Below are positions 57,279 through 64,000 of a DNA stretch of 64,000 bases, one piece after another. Under the pieces are notes generated by a model that had not been told where the DNA came from, searched no databases, and saw only the letters and a list, made by a program, of their open reading frames with translations. How positions within the stretch are numbered: position 1 is the stretch's first letter; each line of letters opens with the position of its first letter. Origin of the DNA: Candidatus Methanomethylophilaceae archaeon (GTDB lineage Archaea; Thermoplasmatota; Thermoplasmata; Methanomassiliicoccales; Methanomethylophilaceae); the NCBI GenBank assembly GCA_050950505.1, contig JBMNHS010000001.1, positions 544,001 to 608,000 of the forward strand. Direction: 5' to 3'. The position numbers were made by a program, and so were the translations under genes.

Positions 57279-58130
57279 ATGGATGGGACCACAAGATATG
57301 AGGAAATCGAACAGCATCTGCTGTTCCACAAAGCTTTGACGGAAGACGTCGGAAACTTTGAAAGGATAAACGGATACATGAACATCCTCGCCCAGGCAGA
57401 AGGCGGGGAAAGGCTGGAAGATCCGGTGGACGAGTCCATACGGTCGGCGTTCAGCCTGGTGATCGAGAACGGAATCGACCCCTGGGAGATCGATCTGTCG
57501 GAATTCGTCAGAATATACACCGGCAAAGTCGCGGCCGACAGAGTCGACATGATCGTTGCCGGAAAGCTGATGCTGATGGCCTGGAAAATTCTCAGACTGC
57601 AATCGGATGCGACCCGCGGAAAGGTCGAACCCCGGGAGGAAGAGTTGGAAATTCCCGACGACTTCTTCTTTGAGGAGAACGAAGGTCTCTTCGTTCCCCA
57701 GGTTTCGTTCAGGGAAGCCTACGCCAGAGAGCCGGTGAGAAAAGTCACCATGTACGAACTCATCGACGCTTTCGAAGAGGCAAGGGACGAAATCGCAATC
57801 CAGAGGGAACGGGAACGGGTCCGCAGGGCCATACGGGAAAAGGAACCCAGAACCTTCGACAACAAGGCTCACGAAGAAGACGATGAAACCGTGGTTTTCT
57901 CCGTCTGGGAAAAGATAAGAAAATTGGGCACCGGCGAAATCTGCATCAACGAACTTTACGGAAAGGATCTGTTGCACAATCTCACGGTCTTCGTCTCCGT
58001 TCTCCACCTGGTCAGAGACGGATTCCTGGACATCAGACAGGAAGAGATGCCCCTTGGCGAAATATTCATCGAAATGCAGATAGACGCGGTTGACGCCCCT
58101 GCGGGCAGAGCGATGATAGAGGCGATATGA
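57279..58130 (+). CDS. scpA: Kleisin ScpA
   Basis: IDPWEIDL, A..ILRLQS, R.VT..ELI.A, F...L.L...G...I.QE...GEI; follows smc. Confidence 0.85.
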   Translation: MDGTTRYEEIEQHLLFHKALTEDVGNFERINGYMNILAQAEGGERLEDPVDESIRSAFSLVIENGIDPWEIDLSEFVRIYTGKVAADRVDMIVAGKLMLMAWKILRLQSDATRGKVEPREEELEIPDDFFFEENEGLFVPQVSFREAYAREPVRKVTMYELIDAFEEARDEIAIQRERERVRRAIREKEPRTFDNKAHEEDDETVVFSVWEKIRKLGTGEICINELYGKDLLHNLTVFVSVLHLVRDGFLDIRQEEMPLGEIFIEMQIDAVDAPAGRAMIEAI

Positions 58131-58649
58131 TTGAACGTCAAAAGAGCTGTTGAGGCCGCTTTGTTTTCCAGCGCGGAAAACCTCAAACTGTCGGAAATCG
58201 CCGATAAAACGGGAATACCCGTGGACGAAGTCAGATATGCTCTTTTGGATTTGAGAAAAGAATACAACAACCGCGAATCGGCGATAACCATAGCGAAGTT
58301 CGGTTCCGAATACCGCATGATGCTCCGCACCGAGTATGCCGAATACGCCGGAATGTTCTCCAGGGCGGACATGAGCGGAGGTTTGATGAGAACACTGAGC
58401 ACGATAGCCTACAATCAGCCCGTTCTGCAGTCCGAACTCTTCAAATCCCTGGGATCGAGGGTGTACGATGACGTCAAGGATCTGATGGAACGGGGATTCG
58501 TCAACGGCAGGAAACAGGGCCAAACCCTGGAGCTCACCACCACGAGAAAGTTCAAAGAATATTTCGGAATTACCGGAACCGGCAAGGAAGCCATAACCGA
58601 GTGGATCAAAGAACAATCCAGAAACCTGCCGGGCGAAGAAACGGAGTGA
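58131..58649 (+). CDS. scpB: ScpB (KITE)
   Basis: VEAALF, RTLSTIAY.QP, TT.KF.EYFG. Confidence 0.9.
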   Translation: MNVKRAVEAALFSSAENLKLSEIADKTGIPVDEVRYALLDLRKEYNNRESAITIAKFGSEYRMMLRTEYAEYAGMFSRADMSGGLMRTLSTIAYNQPVLQSELFKSLGSRVYDDVKDLMERGFVNGRKQGQTLELTTTRKFKEYFGITGTGKEAITEWIKEQSRNLPGEETE

Positions 58650-58711
58650 CATCCGTACCGTTTCAAAGCGAATAGGTTAAATCGAAAGATGTGCTAAGAC
58701 CCAGGGATAAC

Positions 58712-58930
58712 ATGGTGTTACCATTGGATTTACTTGAAAAGTCCGTCAACAAGAAGTTGACCCTCAGGCTCAAAGACGGAAAAATCATTGAGGGAAAACT
58801 CACGTCTCTCGACATGTACATGAACATGGGGCTGGAAGACGTTTCCGTCAAAGAGGCCACCGGCGAAGAGAGAAGGATGAATTCAGTCATTCTCCGCGGA
58901 AGCAATGTCGTAAGCATATCACTTGAATGA
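58712..58930 (+). CDS. Sm-like archaeal protein (Lsm/SmAP)
   Basis: PLDLL, LKDG..I.G.L...D.YMN..L, ILRGSNVV.IS. Confidence 0.9.
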   Translation: MVLPLDLLEKSVNKKLTLRLKDGKIIEGKLTSLDMYMNMGLEDVSVKEATGEERRMNSVILRGSNVVSISLE

Positions 58931-60303
58931 ATCAGGGTAAAGACATGACCGCTCCCAAAATGTTCGGAACCAACGGTATCCGGGGCATTGTCAATCAGGA
59001 ACTGACTTCCGAGATGTCCCTCCGGATGGGAAAGGCCATTGGCACGGTCATGAGAGGCACCGTGGCGGTCGCCACGGACACAAGATCGTCCGGTCACATG
59101 ATCCGCGCCGCACTGTCCGCGGGGCTGATGGCCGTCGGAACCGACGTAATCGTTCTTGGAACGGTTCCCACTCCCGCGCTGCAATATTACGTCAAAACCC
59201 ACGACAACGTGGCCGGCGGTGTGATGATTACGGCTTCCCACAACCCTCCGCCCTTCAACGGCATCAAATGTATTTCGGCGGACGGTACCGAAGCCAGCAA
59301 AGAAGAGGAACGGGAAATCGAAGAACTTTATGCCGCAGACATTCCCGTCTGCGGTTGGGACTGCGTCGGCACGATGGAACATGTCAGTGAAGCCGGCAAA
59401 GATTACGTGAACGCGGTTCTGTCCAACGTGGACACCGAAACAATACGGAAGGCTGACCTCACGGTTTGTCTGGACTGCGCCAACGGAGCGGCTTTTGAAA
59501 CCACGCCGTCCATTCTGAAGAGACTTCAAATCAAAACCGTAACTCTGAACTGCAACGCGCAGGGTGAATTTCCCGGACGTCCCAGCGAACCCACGGAAGA
59601 AAATCTTTCCGATCTTATCACTCTCATGAAAAACACCAACGCCTCCCTGGGAATTGCCCATGACGGAGATGCGGACCGTTGTGTGTTCATCACCGAGAAA
59701 GGAGAATTTGTAAGCGGCGATAAAAGTCTGGCATTGTTGGCGAAACTGGAAATTTCCAAAAACAAGGGAGGCAAAGTCGTCACTCCCGTCAGTTCGTCTT
59801 CGTTGGTTGAGGAAGTGGTGAAGGAATCCGGAGGAACCCTGGTTTACACCGCGGTGGGTTCACCGGTGGTCGCCAGAAAGATGAAGGAAACCGGAGCCGT
59901 GTTCGGCGGCGAAGAAAACGGCGGACTCATTTTCCCGGACATGCAGTACTGCAGGGACGGCGCGATGACCGTGGCCAAGATGCTCGAGTGCATCGCACGT
60001 TACGGACCTCTGTCCGAACAGGTCTCGGAACTTCCCGTGTATCACACCCAGAAAAGGAAACTCGACTGTCCGAACAATCTTAAAGAAAATCTTATCCAAT
60101 ACATGAAAGAAACCGTCACCGACGGAAACATCGATGATACCGACGGTCTGAAAATCATTTATGACGACGGTTGGGTGCTGGTGAGACCCTCCGGAACCGA
60201 ACCTATATTCAGAATCTATTCAGAATCGAAAAACGAAAAGGTTTCGGTGAGCCGGGCGGACGAGTACGAAGACACCGTGGCCGAATTCCTCGGCCGGCAG
60301 TGA
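58927..60303 (+). CDS. glmM: Phosphoglucosamine mutase / phosphohexomutase
   Basis: FGTNGIRG, ITASHNP, HDGDADR, GGEENG, RPSGTEP. Confidence 0.88.
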   Translation: MNQGKDMTAPKMFGTNGIRGIVNQELTSEMSLRMGKAIGTVMRGTVAVATDTRSSGHMIRAALSAGLMAVGTDVIVLGTVPTPALQYYVKTHDNVAGGVMITASHNPPPFNGIKCISADGTEASKEEEREIEELYAADIPVCGWDCVGTMEHVSEAGKDYVNAVLSNVDTETIRKADLTVCLDCANGAAFETTPSILKRLQIKTVTLNCNAQGEFPGRPSEPTEENLSDLITLMKNTNASLGIAHDGDADRCVFITEKGEFVSGDKSLALLAKLEISKNKGGKVVTPVSSSSLVEEVVKESGGTLVYTAVGSPVVARKMKETGAVFGGEENGGLIFPDMQYCRDGAMTVAKMLECIARYGPLSEQVSELPVYHTQKRKLDCPNNLKENLIQYMKETVTDGNIDDTDGLKIIYDDGWVLVRPSGTEPIFRIYSESKNEKVSVSRADEYEDTVAEFLGRQ

Positions 60304-60305
60304 AT

Positions 60306-61163
60306 TCACCCGAGACTTTTGCCGTGGACGGCAATCGCTTCGTTCACCAGTCTTGACGCGAGTATCGAAGTTATGCCGGAAGGATCGTAGGGAGGACAGA
60401 CCTCCATGACGTCGAATCCGCACATCCGGTCCCCGGCCATGTTGATAATTTTCTTCACATCCATGGGGGTCAGTCCGAAAGGTTCCGGCGTGCCGGTTCC
60501 CGGGGCGTAAGCGGGATCGATGCCGTCGATATCCAGAGTAAGGTATATTTTCTCGTTTTTCACGGAATCCAGAACGGTTTTCATAATTTTTTCAATGCCG
60601 GTTTCCATTACTTCGTAGGAACTGAAGAAGGGCATGGGATGTTCGTGTTCCAGTTCTTCCGCCCCCATGGCTCTGGCGCCTATGACGTAAACATTGTCCA
60701 TCCCCACGTGTTCGGCGGCTCTCCTCATAATACAGGCATGACTATGGGGGGTTCCGAGATATTCGTCCCTGGAATCCAGATGGGCGTCTATGGATATGAC
60801 GGAGATGTCCTTCGGAAAGCTCGTTACAATCGGAGCGCTGACGGAATGTTCTCCGCCTATTGCAACAATGAATTTCCCGTCATTTATCGCAGGTTTCACC
60901 GTAAATCCGACTTCGGAAATCATATCTTCGGGCAAGAAGAAATCATCCACGTTCCCGTAGTCATGAATTTCGGGGAAATACTGATCGATCCCGTGTTCGA
61001 AGTGCATTTCCTCGAAATTGTAGGATGCTCTGCGTATGGCATCCGGACCCTCTCTGGCACCGGCTTTGAAACACGCGGTGTGATCGTACCTTGCTCCGAA
61101 AAGAAAAACTTCCGATCCGTCATATTCCGAATCGGCTCCGGCGTAAGAAAGTCCGTAAGACAT
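60306..61163 (-). CDS. speB: Agmatinase (ureohydrolase family)
   Basis: GGEHS, DAHLD, SHAC, DIDGIDPAYAPGTGTPEP. Confidence 0.92.
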   Translation of the reverse strand: MSYGLSYAGADSEYDGSEVFLFGARYDHTACFKAGAREGPDAIRRASYNFEEMHFEHGIDQYFPEIHDYGNVDDFFLPEDMISEVGFTVKPAINDGKFIVAIGGEHSVSAPIVTSFPKDISVISIDAHLDSRDEYLGTPHSHACIMRRAAEHVGMDNVYVIGARAMGAEELEHEHPMPFFSSYEVMETGIEKIMKTVLDSVKNEKIYLTLDIDGIDPAYAPGTGTPEPFGLTPMDVKKIINMAGDRMCGFDVMEVCPPYDPSGITSILASRLVNEAIAVHGKSLG

Positions 61164-61173
61164 CCGTATCGCC

Positions 61174-61551
61174 TTACATCAGTTTGTATCGGCCCATGGC
61201 AACAAGATACATTATCTCGTTACCCTCCTCAAGTTTACAGGTATGATCGTCATTTATCGGCAGGTTGAAAGTTTCAAAGGTTTCCAAGTCCATAATCTGA
61301 ACTTCCTCTCCCTGAAGGGTGATGATCTGAGCCTTTCTTTTGTCAATCATAGGCACTTGTATTTTTGAGTTGACGGGCCCGAAATAAGACTTTTTGGCGC
61401 CGGTAAAAATACTTGTGGCCTCTATGTTCGCTTTGGCCGATCCGTGTTTTCCGGGTTTGGACATGGTGATGCTTATGATTTTGCACGGTTCATCCTCGAT
61501 GTTCATGTACCGTCCTTCCTTCAATTCTCTGACTTCTTTAGTTTCCCACAT
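61174..61551 (-). CDS. eif5a: Translation factor aIF5A
   Basis: SKPGKHGSAK hypusination motif; GGAGG SD before ATG 61551. Confidence 0.95.
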   Translation of the reverse strand: MWETKEVRELKEGRYMNIEDEPCKIISITMSKPGKHGSAKANIEATSIFTGAKKSYFGPVNSKIQVPMIDKRKAQIITLQGEEVQIMDLETFETFNLPINDDHTCKLEEGNEIMYLVAMGRYKLM

Positions 61552-61722
61552 TGAAATTCCTCCGTTTTGATCGATGGCCGACACGTCTCATACAACAGCA
61601 CGAAACACGGTTTTCATTCCATCGGCCGATTAATATTCCATTATGAGTGCGAATCCTCTTAATATACTTTTCAAACGTGTTACCTGAGTCAGATATTAAT
61701 CCTGCGGGAATATGTGGTCACA

Positions 61723-62277
61723 ATGAAGAAGATAGGGTACATGGGAATACCCCTTTCAAATTCGGAAAACGCGTCCGGATTGTTCGCCGAGAAGTTCAAC
61801 ATAAAAGCGGAGCACGTTCCGCTAATCAGTGCGGAAGGGGTCGTGAAAGCCTTGCTGACGGGAGAAATTGATTACGGCGTAGTGGCCACAAGAAACATCG
61901 GCGCAGGGGCCGTCGTTGAAACGGACGAGGCTTTGAAACTCGGAAATTTCCGTATGGTTGACGAAATCGGGATTTCCATCCATCACTGCCTGTTCGTCAA
62001 AAAAGAAAATGTGACCGTGGACGGGGTGGCCTCCCACATCCAGGCATTGGCTCAGACCGATAAGAACCTGAACATACTCTTTCCCGACGCCCGGAGAATC
62101 ATTACGGAAGACACTGCTTTGGCCGCCGAAATGCTTGCCGACGGTAGACTGTCCGAAAATACCGCGGTGGTCTGCGGAATGTCCGCGGGCCGGTACCACA
62201 ATCTGATTCTTTTGGAAAGCAACATAGAAGACATCAAGGAAAATATGACTTATTTCGCTTTGATAGAAACCTGTTGA
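61723..62277 (+). CDS. pheA: Prephenate dehydratase catalytic domain without ACT domain
   Basis: IGYMG...SNS, YGVV...N...G.V, I.HCL, SHIQALAQ, TA.AA, IED...N.T.F. Confidence 0.78.
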   Translation: MKKIGYMGIPLSNSENASGLFAEKFNIKAEHVPLISAEGVVKALLTGEIDYGVVATRNIGAGAVVETDEALKLGNFRMVDEIGISIHHCLFVKKENVTVDGVASHIQALAQTDKNLNILFPDARRIITEDTALAAEMLADGRLSENTAVVCGMSAGRYHNLILLESNIEDIKENMTYFALIETC

Positions 62278-62372
62278 CTGCGATAATATTTTTTAAAGGC
62301 AACCGTATGAACGGTGTGGACGGTACCGACATCATATCGGCACCGATATCCGAAACATAGGGATGTGTCAAC

Positions 62373-63371
62373 ATGAAAAAAGAAATCTGGGTCAGAGCGG
62401 ATCTTCCCGACTCCAAAGAAAAGAGAAAGGAAATTCTGATCAATGCCGTGGAGTCCGGAATAACCTCCGCCATTGTACGTCCGGAAGACGACGATATGGC
62501 ATCCCTCGGCAAAATCAAATTTGTCAGTATCGGCGATGATGTCAGATTTGTGGACATAACGTCTCCGAAGGACCAGGAATACGCCATGAATCTTGCGGGA
62601 AAATGTTCCGTTCTGATTCTGTCGTCCAAAGACTGGACGATAATCCCTCTGGAAAACCTCATAGCGAAATTCACCGGAACCGGAACGAGACTGTTCGCCG
62701 TCGCATCCGATGTGGAAAACGCCAGGCTGTATCTCAAAACCATGGAGAAAGGTGTTGACGGAATCGTGATATCCGTATCCGATCCCGGAGAGGTGAGAAA
62801 ATTTTCGGATCTGATGTCCGAATCTTCGGAAGTGGGTTTATCGGAGGTGGAAATCACGGGAATAAGGAACATAGAAATGGGCGACAGGGTCTGCGTGGAT
62901 TCCGTCAGCATGATGGTTCCGGGCGAAGGCATGCTCATAGGTTCTCAGTCCGACTGTCTCTTCCTGGTACAATCCGAAAGTGAGGACAGCGGATATGTGG
63001 CGCCCCGTCCGTTCAGAGTGAATGCCGGCGCCGTGCACGCGTACATCATGGTTCCGGAAGGCAAAACCCGTTATCTGGGGGAACTGAAATCCGGTGAACC
63101 GATTTCCATAGTGGACCGAAACGGAAAGACCAAAACGACGTCAGTGGGAAGATGCAAAATCGAAATCAGACCCATGACGTTGGTCGAAGCCACCGATGGA
63201 AAACGGACATACTCCACGATTCTTCAGAACGCCGAAACCGTCAAACTTGTAACGGAAAACGGGGCAATATCCGTGACGGACCTGAAAATCGGGGACAAGG
63301 TATTGGTCAGACTGGAAGAGGGCGGAAGACATTTCGGCATGAAGGTCGAGGAAACCTATACGGAGATATGA
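62373..63371 (+). CDS. aroB': 3-Dehydroquinate synthase II (archaeal AroB')
   Basis: DWTIIPLENLIA, GDRVCVD, RPFRVNAGAVHAY, KIE.RP, LQNAET, RHFG. Confidence 0.93.
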   Translation: MKKEIWVRADLPDSKEKRKEILINAVESGITSAIVRPEDDDMASLGKIKFVSIGDDVRFVDITSPKDQEYAMNLAGKCSVLILSSKDWTIIPLENLIAKFTGTGTRLFAVASDVENARLYLKTMEKGVDGIVISVSDPGEVRKFSDLMSESSEVGLSEVEITGIRNIEMGDRVCVDSVSMMVPGEGMLIGSQSDCLFLVQSESEDSGYVAPRPFRVNAGAVHAYIMVPEGKTRYLGELKSGEPISIVDRNGKTKTTSVGRCKIEIRPMTLVEATDGKRTYSTILQNAETVKLVTENGAISVTDLKIGDKVLVRLEEGGRHFGMKVEETYTEI

Positions 63372-63372
63372 G

Positions 63373-64000
63373 ATGAAGATCTGCGCCTCTCTCAGCAGAA
63401 TGTCGGATCTTACCAAAGCGATGGAAGCCGACATGATCGAGATAAGGCTGGATCTCGTTGACCGCGTCCCCGATACCGGGGGCAAAGAGACAATCATAAC
63501 CTTCAGGGATAAATTTGACGTATCGGCGATTCCAAAAAATTTTACCGGATTGATCGACATAGGGGAAGAGCGAATTCCCGACGTCCCGTACAGAACAATT
63601 TCTTCCGTCCACGATTATGAAAACACGCCTTCTTCGGAGACCATCGCGGAAACGCTGAATTCGATGACCGCCGACGTTTCCAAAGGAGCTTACACTGTGA
63701 AGGATTTCAAAAATCTTTACGACATTCTGGAAGCTTCGAAGAAAGTAATCGGGAACCGTGTGATTCTGGGTATGGGTGAAATGGGCGAAATCACAAGAAT
63801 CCGTCAGAATGTTCTGGGAAACGAGTTTACTTTTGCATACGTCGGAGAGCCCACCGCCCCCGGACAACTGAGTCTTGATGAAATGAGAGCCCTGGACGAA
63901 GACAGCATAATAACGGGATTGGCGGGAAATCCTCTGGATAAATCGAAATCCGCAGAAATGCACAATGCCGCATTCCTGGAAAGCGGGATTTCCGGAAGAT
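63373..64000 (+). CDS. aroD-aroE: Type I 3-dehydroquinate dehydratase fused to shikimate dehydrogenase (partial)
   Basis: Not in ORF track. Manual translation from ATG 63373: MKICAS..DMIEIRLD..SVHDYENTP..GMGEMG..TR..TAPGQL (AroD), then GLAGNPL.KSKS..MHNAAF (AroE N-terminus). Confidence 0.85.
   Translation, partial: MKICASLSRMSDLTKAMEADMIEIRLDLVDRVPDTGGKETIITFRDKFDVSAIPKNFTGLIDIGEERIPDVPYRTISSVHDYENTPSSETIAETLNSMTADVSKGAYTVKDFKNLYDILEASKKVIGNRVILGMGEMGEITRIRQNVLGNEFTFAYVGEPTAPGQLSLDEMRALDEDSIITGLAGNPLDKSKSAEMHNAAFLESGISGR

Noticed and set aside
53690-58649. SMC cluster as a Wadjet/MksBEF defence system
   Set aside because: Canonical long SMC with hinge plus ScpA and ScpB, no JetD/topoisomerase-like nuclease, housekeeping context
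61723-62372. Pyrrolysine read-through explaining truncated genes (pheA, thiI, rnc)
   Set aside because: The relevant stops are TGA or TAA, not TAG, and no missing domains are encoded beyond them
1-64000. Many long antisense or alternate-frame ORFs (e.g. 11692-13113, 5608-6870, 28334-29518, 57198-58652)
   Set aside because: They shadow well-supported genes, have no recognisable motifs, and are expected from codon bias at this GC content
1-64000. tRNA, rRNA, CRISPR arrays, IS elements, integrases
   Set aside because: Intergenic gaps are short, and I saw no cloverleaf, repeat-spacer array, transposase or terminal inverted repeats

Overview
A gene-dense, mostly housekeeping window (~67 complete CDS plus two partial ones) from a methanogenic archaeon, most likely order Methanomassiliicoccales (Thermoplasmata). 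The assignment is inferred from a 'headless' fpoABCDHIJ1J2KLMN operon lacking fpoF/fpoO, methanogenesis marker 11, folate-type PurH/FolD, a non-oxidative pentose phosphate pathway, CarS and geranylgeranyl reductases, and the absence of TAG stop codons. Other content: RPA, PurP, serine biosynthesis, XPD helicase, exosome Csl4, a stand-alone GltB-like FMN protein, an HdrC/HdrB-like pair, TFS-PCNA-tkt-tal, a short RNase III, a contiguous AMP-salvage operon (R15P isomerase, form III-like RuBisCO, AMP phosphorylase), a folD-kptA-mmp11-uppS-B12 radical SAM operon, SMC-ScpA-ScpB, aIF5A-agmatinase and aromatic amino acid genes. I saw no tRNA, rRNA, CRISPR array or mobile element. The best leads are: (1) a long-chain-type prenyl synthase plus reductase directly behind the Fpo operon, a possible unknown membrane redox carrier, together with two retained Cys in FpoD; (2) a B12 radical SAM gene tightly coupled to uppS and mmp11; (3) a thiI-like gene that appears to need a CTG start behind an unlisted 52-aa ORF; (4) several palindromic or structured non-coding elements. 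All calls come from motif recognition by eye; no database searches were run.
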